Shown here piece by piece: positions 12,691 to 25,432 of a stretch of DNA of 45,816 nt (position 1 is the stretch's first letter; every line of letters begins with the position of its first letter). Source of the stretch: Kudoa neothunni. Taxonomy: Eukaryota; Animalia; Cnidaria. The stretch lies in NCBI GenBank assembly GCA_964304625.1, contig OZ199838.1, positions 854,793-900,608 on the forward strand, read 5' to 3'. The position numbers and the translations under genes are program-made. Under the pieces are notes generated by a model that was given only the letters and a program-made list of their open reading frames with translations, searched no databases and was not told the origin of the DNA.

Positions 12691-14929
12691 CAAGAACTAC
12701 AAAACTTTTAGTGCAACATCTTATCAATATTGGTTTTGTTTTAAATATAAAGGATGATATAATTCGCATATATAAGCACAATTTAACCTAAGAAAAATAC
12801 AACATACTTAATAAAACAATAGAGTAATGATATTTTGTTTTTAGGCAAAACTAGGTGTCATTTAAAATTGGAATCTTCAAATATTAAACGAATTTTTCTT
12901 CACCAAAACACTCCAAATGCTCTCCGACCCACAGATCAGAGTATAATGTATTCTGTTAAGTTCCAATATAAAGTATATACGACAAAACGCCACGTTTCTT
13001 CTATCAAAGCTTCGATGGAACCCACATTTCCTAATATTTTGAATGCACTTTTTTGATCGCGGATTCTTGAGATTCGATGACTTAACCAACTATTTTTAAT
13101 TGTTTTATTATGATGAAATCTAATCGTAAAAAATATTTCAGTTATTACTGATAATTTAGATATAAACGATGACTCAAATTAGAATACACATTTTCCTTAA
13201 GAGATACATGAAATGAACAATGATGAAATTAAATCGAACGTTGTGGATATCGGAAATGACAATTTTTCCGATGAACATGAAAATATCATATAGTTAGCGG
13301 ATATCCTGACGATGTTACCAAAATTTAAATCATAACGGATATTTATTAGTTTAAATATAAAAAAATAACATTAATATCTAAAACTGACCTATTTTACTTA
13401 AAAAACATAAGCAATACCTTATCGAGCATGGTTCGAAAAATACAAATATACATTTGGATATCTCAGACCTGTTATGTTTAATCTGCGAGATACTCTTATT
13501 ATATTAAATTACATTTTTTTAATTATTATATCCTACAAATTATTACATCGTTTATTATTTTTTAATATAATAACAAATTAACAATGTCATTAAGATATAA
13601 TTTTGTAGATGGGTAATATATACATTAATGGAAACACATAACCTCTCATCAATATAAATATAGTAATGTCTTGATATTCAGCACTAAATCGGGACCTGAG
13701 CCTTTTACTGCCCAATCCAATAATCCAATATCGAGGTTTTGCACAAATGCGACTAGAGTATCTTTTTAATTTTTTAACGTAAAAATGTTATATCAAGTTT
13801 GTATTATATAATTAAAGATGTGAAAGGCATCTATATAACAATATTCAAACATTTCCTCATTTTTTGCGATCTTTTGATGAAGAATTTTTAAAATATCAAG
13901 AAAATAGTTGAAATCATCCAAACATTTTTTGGTCGTTAATATTCAACAGAAAATTCACAAATTTCTATAAAACAGGGTTTCTCCTTAAATTCACAAATGA
14001 CAATATATGAAAATTTTATCACTACAAATTTAGCACTCTATAATTCTATTACAGGTTTTTGGATTATTTCATTACCCCTTAACTCAACTCCTTTATATCA
14101 TATGTTCGTTGAGTGCACCTTTCTACTACAAGAATGATATCACCGAGATTTAATGTTTTCTTTTTCATATCTACTTTTTATCTAATAAAAATAATAATGA
14201 TTGGATTATCTAATCATTAACAATATTATCATCAACTTTCCTCACTTCTACGCGAAGAGTTAATTATAGAACAACAGAAATTATTAAAACTTATAAGGAA
14301 ACCCTTTTTTTCACTTATACCAATGATTTAAGATTATCAGCAAAAAATCTTGCCTTCTCAGTGAAAAAAAACTCTAGAATATTCGTTTTTTTGGTGTTCT
14401 GACACAATCCGACCATATAATTCAATTTAAAGTTCGATGTATTTTTTATTTGTAATTCCTTTACTGAGAGTAACAACGATGGAAATCATTATATAAGATC
14501 TATCGGATATAATTATATTCAGAGAAGAATAACTAAATTTAATTTGAATAAAATTCACAATAACATAATCCATGATATTCTATGGCGCTATAAAGTAAAG
14601 TTTGGCATTTTAATCATAATATTGAATAGTTTCAACTTTTTAGAAAAATTTCTTTCTTCTTCCACAATATCGAACATTCGAATGTGTAATTTAGTGGATT
14701 AATCGGATTAAAATTTGAAGTAATTTTTCTATAGCAAGACCTTGAATTTTACAAAAATACATTTTTACGTATTATTACATATTTTCTGGTATAAAGCTAG
14801 AGTATACGACTATATAAATCGAAAGGGTTACAATGATAGTTCCAGAAATTTGAAAAAAATTTCGACTACCCTACATAGAACCTCGTAAAATCGAGACTTT
14901 ACTATATAATCTAAATTCATATTTATTTA

Positions 14930-16762
14930 TTAAACGTTTCAAATATCCTTACGTCAGAAAGAACAAGACCAGTGATAAATAAAAAATACGTAATGATGGA
15001 TGAATAACTAACGTTGGTATTTTATTATGCAATTGCAACAAACAATTTCAAAGTGATTATTACAACAATATTTTGAACAGCAAAAACATATTGATTTTTT
15101 TTTCTATCTGAATCTTGCAAACATAGGTTGTACTTTTTTTAACTTTAGAAACGAATCTTTCATTATTCCAAATAAGAGAATCATCGTTGAGAAATGGTTT
15201 CACTAATAAATCCGCTAACTCTTCTAGATCTTTGACTCTCGAGATATTAGGTTTATTAAATATAGTTTTATACAAGTAAAACGAGTTGACCAAACTTAAG
15301 TAAATCATATTGTAAACAATAACCATCGGCCTTTTTTTGGTATATCGTTTTACACTCGAGATAGATAGAATACAATCCAACATATCTATCACACCTTTGG
15401 TTTTGTTATAATCAATTATAACCTCAGGTTTTTCAATATGATCCGGATGCAATCTAACATTGTTTGATGAAGTAGCCAACTAAATGACAGCCTTGTTTTT
15501 TTGGCACGTAGGATAACATAATCTTTTTCTTATGATAAACAAAAATCAAATTAAAGACTTCCCTCATTTTGTTCAACTCCATAATCGGCGGAATGTCCCT
15601 TTTGTTGTGACGAATAGTTCCAAGCATTGTTAATCCATGGTAAAGAAATTATCACATACGATATTTCTACCAGATCGTTTTAAATATGACGATAACTCTA
15701 AGAAAATCTTTTCTCCCACATTCTTAGTAATTTCATTGGTAGTTTTACCCAGATAGATAGAATTATTATGGGTATTATTGGTGTGTTGATCGGTTAATAG
15801 AAAAAACTTTATGCCATAGACTGCAGGCTTAGATGGCATATACTTTTTAAATGGACACCTGCCACGAAATGCTACCAGCCGCTCATCAACAGTAAGACTT
15901 TCAGAGAGAGTCAAACACATTGGAAGAATATTTTTCCATTCATTAAATTAGTCAGTTATTGGGAAAAACTTATTATCTTCACGTCATACTGCACTGGTCT
16001 AAAAAAAATCAAAATTAATAATTCTATTAATTTGTGTGAATCTTTCTAGCGACATTATTTTTTGAAGAATATCTCGTGCTTAATTCAAGCTCCACAATTT
16101 TTTGAGGGCTTCCATCTTGGATTTAAATATATATAAAAGAATTCACATGTATGCTTTCTTTTCCATTAACGTTAATTCATACCATTTATTTCTGTAATTG
16201 AAAGACCAAAATTTATTTGTGCTAGTAATAATGATTTTATAAAATTCGTCATTAAAAAATAACAAAAAACAATCTATAAAGTAACAGATTCTTGACGATG
16301 CGAATGCAGTTATTTCCCGGGGCTTTGTTTAAAACTTTTTCCTATGTTGTTCTAATATTTGAGGGAATATCAGGAGACCATACAACATCGTTTTTATCTT
16401 CTTACATATTAATTGAATCAAACTCATCAGCGATATCATAACTACTAGACGAAAAATTATCTTCCAAATTATCGTCAATTTCACTGAAATTTTTTCTAAT
16501 AATGCTGTATTTAATTTTATATTTGTTTTAATGAAATAATAACATGGGATCAGTCTGGACCCCCAAAACGGCTAGATGTATAAAAAATATTTTACGAGTT
16601 CGTATTAAATTAATTTTTAGTTATAAAACCTTTTTTTATTCTTTGTGAGATATCCGAAGAATAACGCCAGATTTTATTAAATTGATCTTTTTCAACAAAC
16701 TGTAAATTGTCCCAAAATTTGGCTTTGGGTCTAGTGGACCCAAAGCCAAATTCGGAGAGTGG
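14930..16762 (-). mobile_element. piggyBac element with decayed transposase
   Basis: ORFs 15630-15920 (LTVDERLVAFRGRCPFKKYMPSKPAVYGIK..IVCDNFFT) and 15060-15479 (KPEVIIDYNKTKGVID) match DDE_Tnp_1_7; 5' end at TTAA 16763-16766; 3' end not resolved. Confidence 0.9.
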
Positions 16763-16769
16763 TTAATCT

Positions 16770-17114
16770 GTGGTGCATAAACTTTTTTGGACGTGGCAAA
16801 AATAATGTTTAGACAAAATTTTAACGATGTTAAATTAATTCAGGAACGCAAAAATACACGATATTGACCATAAATTATTTAGCGTTGATTCTAGGCCACT
16901 AAATTTTAAAATGAACGCCAGGATTGGTACACTCCTTCACAGAAATGATCGTAATTTAAATTTCATAATCCAAATCGTAAAAGTATGATTCTTAAAATAT
17001 TTTAGTTATTTGTTTATATGGGTTAAATTGAAATTTCATTATATTTTTTGAATATTATTAAGTAACGTCTCCATGCAAAATCTTCCAGAAGCAACGCTGG
17101 TTTATTTGTACTAG
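16770..17114 (+). mobile_element. Helitron 3' portion
   Basis: Ends in hairpin-like CCAGAAGCAACGCTGG then CTAG|T (17111-17115); colinear with 24080-24405. Confidence 0.65.
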
Positions 17115-17901
17115 TATATTACAAATTAGGCACATTTTAATAAAAATTAATCGTTTATTTTACTAATTAATAATTTAAAATCTTATCATATTATTTCTGT
17201 TACATCATATAACCAAACCTTAATCATTCTTTTCTTTCACATGAAATTAAAGAGATATCCTTTCTATTTAATATTTTATTTTTTTAGTATTTGGTGAAAT
17301 TAAGCAAGGTTATTTTATACATATCTAGTGAAATAGGTTGAAATAGATAAGCTTTGATTAATACTCCTATACTGATTAAAAATATTTTCACTCATAATTC
17401 AAATTAATTCATCCTTTATTTAATTAAAATCAATGCTATTCTCCATTTCTCAAGATGTATCGTAGATCTATTTGAAATTATTAACGATTAATAGATTATA
17501 TAATGTCACCGGAAATGTTTACTGTTAGTTTCATGGCCGAGCTACATAATATTGGTATTAACGTAGTGTATACGCTTTTATTTTATTCAATTTCTATATT
17601 GACAAAACCAATATCGTTATATCAGTTATAGCCACCATTTGAGGTATCGTCCTGATGGGCTAAATTGGTAATATCTCTCAAAATTTTTACCATATTTTTA
17701 ATGAATATTTTTTTCATTATTAATTTATATATTTTAATAATTAAAAAAATAACTATTCATTATACCAAAAATTAGAAACAAATTCAATCATTATAACAAT
17801 AAAAAAGTTCGGATGGTTAACCGATCCTAGTGTTAACACATTAACACATTTAAGTCTTTGAGCCAATTTATTCGTATTTAAATTTTTGGCTTGAAAAAAT
17901 A

Positions 17902-19118
17902 CAGTGGGCGAGAGGTAATACTTACTTTGGAGCGCATGCTTTTATTTAAAATTCAATTATTTTTTATTATTTTTGTAATAATTTCCTTTAGAGAATGTCT
18001 ATTATTTTTATTGGTTTCTTATATTTCATTTATATGTTAAATAAATCTTCTTCTAACTTTCAAGCTTATTTTTAGACATAAATGGAACTATTTTTTGTTG
18101 AATAGTCTCATATACTTGAGACAGTTTAATAGTTTTTGTGATTTAGCTATATCTTCGTCGACAGATTCTGAATATGATAAGCTAATGTCTCCAGGATAAC
18201 TGGAGAAATTTCTTTCATTTTTTCGTCGTTTCTGCGTCGATATCCACAAATTCCGAACGTGTCACTTAAATAATGTTTTAGGTAATTGAAAATCGTCATG
18301 TTCAACCGAAGAATCTCTTTCACTTCTTTTAATATTTTTTATATAGAAAATTACTTTAAAATGGAATCATAATTTTATCTTAGTTAAAATTCAAATCCAT
18401 CTTGAATTTATAATTATTCAGGGTAATTTATAAACTTACATTCATCAACAATTTTTGGATCTTTATATAATTTAAATCTATGCAGATTAAACCGTTTATA
18501 AAATTTTGAAATCAACCATAGCTAACACCATCGACATTATCCATAATTTCCTTCACCATTTCATTATGTTTAAAAATAATTTCCTACGAGGAATAACTCT
18601 GAAATATATTATCTTATTCAAGTTATCCGTTTGTATATTTTTCGTCGACTCATCGTTTTTTCAGTGGTTTAATATTTACAGTTACATTTTCATATAATTC
18701 GGCAATTTGAAATTTCATGGATAGGTTACTATTTAAAATTAATATGATTATAACAACATAATTTTTAATGGTGTAGCTTTATTTTTTTTATATCAACATA
18801 AAATATTTTATTTCTCTGTATTTTGTATTTATTATAAGCATATCATGAAGATTTATATCAACCATACATAAAAATTGAACATCAGCTTCGCGCGATTTTA
18901 AAGTCAGTTTCTGGGAAAAAGATGCGTATTACTCAACAATTCATAAAAATTCAATATTTTATTGATATTTTTCCTAGAAAATATTTTTTGGGTGGAAAAA
19001 CTCAAATTAATTAAGTTTATAAACGTCAACTGAAGTAATGAGTTCAACATGTAGTAAATTCTATATGAATAAGCAAAAGTACGAATTAGCCGTATTGCGT
19101 ATTACCCGTCACCTATTG
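17902..19118 (-). mobile_element. pogo/Tigger remnant
   Basis: TA-CAGTGGGCGAGAGGTAATAC left end vs degenerate inverted copy at about 19098-19118; minus-strand SYG*FQNF resembles the CENP-B-type HTH SxGW..F motif. Confidence 0.5.
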
Positions 19119-19121
19119 GAT

Positions 19122-19149
19122 ATCTATATATATATATATATATATATAT
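19122..19149. repeat. (TA)n microsatellite
   Basis: Visible dinucleotide run next to the Tigger end. Confidence 0.9.
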
Positions 19150-19771
19150 CTTAAGAGCATGAATTATGCTAAGGTGATAAGATATCAACATGTTAGATTT
19201 AAAATATTGTTTTAATCTATATATTATAATGTTATTTATGAAAAATAAATATATTATATTATTTTTTATTAAATTTTTTAAACAAAATACATAATTGTTT
19301 GAATAGTATTTGTTATATCATATAACTATTTGGATAATTAAAAGATAAGAGAAAATCATTGTTCCACCCACGCAAGAGTGCGTGTTTAATTTTTAATATT
19401 CTATTATAAACACTTTTACGTAAAAATTACACTCATAGATTATAAGAAAATAGTTTTCAATAAATATAATTTAAATTATATAGAAATAAACAACATTTAT
19501 GCACAAATGATTTCAAAAATTTTTCATTTTTGATTGTATGAAATTTTTCCGTACAATGTCATATGCGTCATTCTTAAGATGTGATAATATTTAAGAGAGA
19601 ACTAAATCGTTTTCCAAATAGAATTTTATAAGTTCACTTTTTGAATGAGTAATCCTTTTGAAATTCATAACAGGATTATTCTCAGATTTATGTTCAAGCA
19701 CTTTCTCACCATGATTAAATAAATCTTGGAAATTATCTTTATTATTTATTCGATATCAAATGTAAGTTTAA

Positions 19772-20712
19772 CCTTCGGAAAGTGCAACTCGAAAAACTTA
19801 CGCGTGTGCCGAAGCGGGGACCTATGGTACCCGACCCCAGAGGTTTTTCAACTTAATTCACTCGCAATGATTAAAAAATTTGTTTTATGTGGTTATCATT
19901 TGATTTGAAATAAAAGTAATTGCCCAGAATGTAAAAATATTAAGTCAACTAAGAAAAAAATACAAACAATTTGTAACCGTCACTTTTAAGATAAAAAGCG
20001 TTAATAACGAAGAAATTCCTCAAAAATATAGGTTATGTTTGTATAAAGCCATTAAGTAACTATTGGAAAATTCAAGGTTGATATTCAAGCGAATTTATCA
20101 TTTGAAAGGAACAGCCAACAAAGATAACAGAAAATTGTCGTGTATCTCATTTTCCGACCGTGGTATTAAATTGTAGGAATATTTCCCACCCCTTAAAAAA
20201 CTACCTTTTCAGTTATAATTTTTATTCTATGGTATAAATCATGATTGACATAAAAAGAAAAACCCGGTTCGAACAAAATTAAATATTATTCGACCTATAC
20301 TTTCAAAATTAATATATTACCAAGAGCGTCCGTGTCATTATAATCTCAGGATAATCTCCAAGCTTTATGGATTCTTGTGGTAGAAAATAAAATCAAAACT
20401 TAGTCATACTCTTATTGCTTTTATTCATTTTTAAATTAATTTTTAACTAAAATTAAATAAATAATAAATATAAGAGATTCAAAGGACTTTTAACACTAAA
20501 TAATATTGGTTCAGTCTTGAAAAAGTAGTCTATTATATAATATCCTTAAGCAAATAATTTTTTGTTAGTTTAGTTTAAATTTTATTTGATATTAAAAGAT
20601 TACATGGAAATCTATAGAGAAAATAAAACGGTAAAATTAGAAATTTTGAAGAATAAAATAATCAGGGTTCCCAAAATAACTCGTCCATCCCGTAAGCCTT
20701 ATGGCATAAGGA
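19772..20712 (-). mobile_element. Probable piggyBac derivative
   Basis: TTAA-CCTTC end at 19768-19776 with a GGGGACC..GACCCC subterminal motif; TTAA at 20713; the two termini match poorly. Confidence 0.3.
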
Positions 20713-21815
20713 TTAATCAAAAGTTGACTGACAAGGTGTAAAATGAACATAACGTGATATACATTTTCTCACTCTGCCTATTTGAAATCAGTTAATTTCA
20801 GTTAAGACATTAAATATTCATGTATATCTAATATTTAAATCCAATCGATTATTTGAAATTTAAATATAAAAATTTTTAAAAATTATGAATAATCGGTTGC
20901 TTCCTATTAAATTATTAATATAATTAAAAAATTAATTATGAAACCATCATAATTTTTACATTAAACCCTCTTTCATATTGCTTGAATAAATTTTATATGG
21001 ATTATCGTTGTTTAGCACCTGAGTAGTTGGAATCTCGCTTTTGATACATGCTTTAATAACATCTATAATTATTTTTTATATGAAAAGCTATTTACTAAGA
21101 TAAGTTTTGTATCAAACGTAAAGGTAATATTTATATTTAATTAATAAAATAAATTTTGTTCAGAAGGAATTATTTCCATGGATTTTGGGTGCTATTGAAT
21201 TCCAACAACAAAAATTTAAAGGTTACTTATATAATATAACTATTTGAAATATTATGCTATTTTTAGACTTAATTACCCCTGTGACAACAACTACATTCAC
21301 CACAACTACCTTGTACGTAATATTTTATGTTTATCTTACCGCTTTAGTCATTGTCATATCTAATAATAGGACCATCGAAACAATATCTGTCATTTCCACT
21401 GATACCACCATCACGGAAACTACGATTATTTCAACAACAACAACAACAACAACAACTACTACTACTACCCTGACTGATACATATATTTATGATGCGATAT
21501 TTCCAGAGGTGTTACTATCTAGTGTGACTCTTTCAACATCAACACACAAGAATATACACGTCCGTATATTCCAAAGTAAATTATATTAATTATTATAATA
21601 TTATTATTTTTTAAAGTATTAATGATATCATGCATTATTATAACAATCTTGTTTGTGCCAATTATGGCTTTTTGTTTCTGGAAATTACTCCGAAAATATA
21701 AACGAAGAGAAAAATGGTTCTTAAAACACCCAAAATTAAAAGAAAGTAGTTATTAGCTCGTATAAACTATGATGATATCGTGATGATTTTTGTTAAGTTT
21801 GTTTTTTGTTATGTA

Positions 21816-23480
21816 CAGTTGTGACTCGATACTGCGTAATTTAACTTTACTAGCATTATGTGCTTTAATTCAATAAACAAATTATAATAATCAAATTAAT
21901 ATGATTAAATGGATAACTATACAACAACAAAATTTGATCAGGCGGATATAAAACAAATTTTGGAAAAACCTTGTGTCTCTCTATTGCGTAACTCATTTTT
22001 TTATAATTTTAATCCCTTAAATACGATGGATGCATTATAAAAAGCGTTGAAAGTTCTCAAATAACTAAATAGAATATAATTAAAACAATTGATTACTATA
22101 ATTTTTTGAAGTCTATATCGGAGCTAATGATATTACTGTAAACATCTCAGTTTACCAATTTATATTTACTTTAATATTTTTAGAAATTATTCTAAACAAG
22201 ACGGAGCAATTTATTCAAACATTTCAAAATCATAAAAAATATTTAAAATCGGAAAATATAGATATCAAAATAATTTTTAAAATTGGGTAGTTTCAATGCG
22301 AGAAAAAAACTATTATCTAGTTTTTTAATGATCGAATGATCTTTTATTATTGTCATAGAATTTTAAATAAAAGATCTTAACGGATGCAAAGGTTGGTTTA
22401 ATAATTACAGAAGGCTTTGCGGCCTGAAAAACTTAAATTGTACGGAGGAGGAGAACGCTGATTTTAAATATATTTATCAATGGATTGGAAATTTCTCCGA
22501 GATTTTGTCAAGACGCAATCTGTGATGCATATTAAATGCGGATGAGATAGCTCATTTTTATGAACTGCTGATACAGCGTACGTTCACTATTAATAATTAG
22601 CACAATGTAGGGGTGTAAAACAATTCCAAAATGGGCTACGATGTTTATCATTTCTATTATGACGGGATAAAAATTTTAATTACATATAATATTAAAATTT
22701 TAATAAAAATCGCTATTTTAGGGTAATTAAAGAGTTTTCAGTTTGATGCCATTCACAAATGAATGTGTGATTATCTTCATCTGTATTTTATCTGATCATC
22801 AGAGATATGAACCAGAAGTTAATTAAAGAAAATAGAAAGGTTTTTATTTTATTATAAAAATGCTCATATTGTCCTTAATCGATCGATTATTTCGGAATCA
22901 TTCAGCTCCTACTTCTATCAAAAACACTGCTTGTGTCGTGCAATCAATTTACCTGGGACTAATTCACCGCTTAAATGCCAATTAGAACAAAATCTTATGC
23001 ATAAATGTGTTATTCAGAGAGATAGACCAAAAAATATTTAAATATGCCTTATTCTATTTCGTAAATATGTTAAAATTGGTTCGGGAGTGGTTGGGGTTAA
23101 AAAATTAGTAATTGAGTTAATAAGCCGCTTATTCTCAAACTAAAATAATTGATTTTTTCTTCATATTTATTGAAAATCTAGCAAGATAAAACTTGAATGT
23201 AATGTGATGATGATATAACTTGATAAAGTAATTCTAATATTCATATGTGTAGATGATATTATTTTGTTGGAAGAAAACGAAATTATACATTTAAATTAAG
23301 ATGATTAAGGTAAACTTACTTTTTGGAATGAAGATCCTTATGTCATACACCACGGTGAAATTTTTACAACGTTTCAAGTAAAAAATCTTATAAATCGTTT
23401 TCACAATACTAAATGTTCCCCAAAGTGTTTAGAAAATGCTGATTTCGTCGATTCAAAGTTTGTTTAATGGATTACAACTG
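21816..23480 (+). mobile_element. pogo/Tigger (TIGD-like) transposon, decayed
   Basis: TA TSDs at 21814-15 and 23481-82; TIR CAGTTGTGACTC vs reverse complement CAGTTGTAATCC; GCKGWFNNYRR, ILNADEIAHFYELLIQRTF and CRGVKQ motifs. Confidence 0.85.
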
Positions 23481-23553
23481 TAATATTAACACCTGGTTGT
23501 GTCGTGGTAATGGTCGGTTGAAGTTAATTTCCCTCCTTATATGCTTTATTAAA

Positions 23554-24405
23554 TCTATATTAAGCGATATTATCTGACTTTTTATGTAATGTTATCGTGT
23601 ATATATGGAGGTTTGCACGTACACACTTCTTTTGTCGAGAGTTATAACGTATATGACTTGATAAGTATATTTTAAAAGCTCTATCCATGGTTTAAAATAT
23701 ATGAAAAAGTCCATGTTTGCATCGTTGATAACGATTTGGCAAGGAATTCTATAATCAGATTGATTGAATCTTTATAAATTATAATACAAGCACCATGTCC
23801 GTAGATTTAATTGAAATCGTCCGCTATGTTGAACTTTCAATGATTAAATTCAATATAAATGGTTGTACTCTTACGTCGTCTAATTATATAAATTATTTAG
23901 GTTGATATTGAAACGATTTTTAGCTGTTTGTTTGGTATCAGTGCACTAATGTTTATGCGGGATCAGGGGATAATAATTTGAGCATTAAAAATCAGTTATC
24001 CTAAATTTTCTTCTATTTCTATTTTTTTACCTCCTCAGAAAAGAATGTCGAAATCTTTCTGAGTCGGACCAGAATCGACATTGAAAAATTCACAGACCAA
24101 AAAAAAATTTTTTGACAATACTTCAAGGTAATTCAAATAATTGGGGAACGTAGAAAAAAATGACGCCGACCTTAAATTAATTATCGTTGGTGCTGGACGA
24201 TGAAATTTTTAAATGAACGTCGGGATTGATACGTTCCTTCACAGAAATGATCATAACTTAACTTTCGTCAATGTATAAAGCTTAAAATTGTTTAGTTATT
24301 TTTCTTCTATAGTTAAATTCACAACTTCAAGATATTTTGTGAATGTTATTAAGAGGCGTGTCTATGTGAAGTCTTCCCCAAACAACGCTGGGCAGTTCCC
24401 GCTAG
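23554..24405 (+). mobile_element. Non-autonomous Helitron
   Basis: A|TC start (tentative); 3' CCCAAACAACGCTGGG hairpin and CTAG|T; homologous to 16770-17114. Confidence 0.65.
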
Positions 24406-25432
24406 TCTAAATAAAAATCTAGAGTTTGAATCAATGATTTTTATTTTGAAAAGGTAGGACAATTAAATTAAGTCATATTTTGCGAACTTTGAATAAAAAA
24501 TAATTTTTCACATCAATAAAACTGTTATTTTTACAATGTTATCATTAAGCTTAGAATCACATAATAAAATCTTCATAAACAATCTGAATATATTTTTCTT
24601 TTAAAGAGAAAAATTAATTAAGGAATCCAATTAACAATAAAACCTTTTTGTACTTTTTCAAATGATGTAAATTGTTATCTTAGATTAACCCTCTAATGGT
24701 TTGGGGATAAATTTTAACTCAAAACGATTTTATTAATGGTATATCTTTTTATACAGTAAACAAAAACCTAATAAATTCCAGTTATTCTTCTAAAAATATT
24801 TCTTCTTTGGATAAATGAAAAAATCATTTTCGAGAAGTTATTGTATAATTTTTAATTTTTATTTTATCTTGTAATGGTCTTTGGGGTCAAATTTACCCCA
24901 TGTTTTTTTTGATGAAAAATATGTCAAAAAATGTAAACAATTTCGAATTCAAATAAAATGAAATTCCTACGTATAGTTTTTGTAGAAAGTAAGGATATGT
25001 TAGATAAATGACTTAAATCGCATGCACGAATATATGGTGATATGTGATTCTAGTGATTTAATTGATGAATTTTGCTTTTCCAATAATGAATATCATGTTG
25101 TTTAACGAGTGTCTTTTCTTCAATGTTTCTTGCTGAAAAATTTCCGGAAAAAATTGATCTTAAAGTCAATCAATAGAGGGAAATTATAGATACCATCATG
25201 CCTCCAATCATCACCAAATATAGCCTAGACCTAGCATGTTGTGGCAGCATTTATGTTTTCCTTGAAAAGTGTATATTTATATTTTATTTTCCCAAGAAAT
25301 TAAAAGGCGTGATTTTCTTAAAACATCACAGAAAAATTATACAAAACATTGTTGACGGTAAAATCCACCAAAAAAAACAATAAAAACACGTTTTAGCATT
25401 GTTTATGCTTCTCGGCAGAAACCTCTTCTTAA

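Larger units (their letters stand above)
2424..21756 (+). pseudogene. Diverged GDA1/CD39 NTPDase-like surface protein gene (micro-exon N-terminus, pseudo-enzyme domain, Thr-rich stalk, TM, tail); frameshifted in the middle exons; probably begins upstream of the window
   Basis: Hand-spliced GT-AG exons: 3020-3167 (KTLYLFDRANNMWGVFV..), 3200-3338 (..SVQFFGTQSFNYI), 3369-3422, 8413-8576 (..FFKPLEMVYPMLAYLN), 8626-8828 (DIGLIYIHSLNF..INFPCTG), 9095-9413 (IDNVCSRIGF..FDFYECLNLLKKIF), 9441-9547, 21016-21123 (DTCFNNIY), 21164-21221 (PWILGA), 21267-21312, 21370-21563 (poly-Thr), 21617-21756 (LMISCIIITILFVPIMAFCFW-KLLRKYKRR..stop). These are colinear with the ACR1-ACR5 regions of the intact NTPDase at 29289-31057. 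Confidence 0.7.

Noticed and set aside
12835-13089. Overlapping ORFs on both strands
   Set aside because: Possibly TE-derived, but no family motif could be supported.
13600-14700. Minus-strand traces (IIWSDC.., LLDWAVKGSGPDL) suggesting a Sola- or Tc1-like transposase
   Set aside because: Too degenerate and mutually inconsistent to assign.
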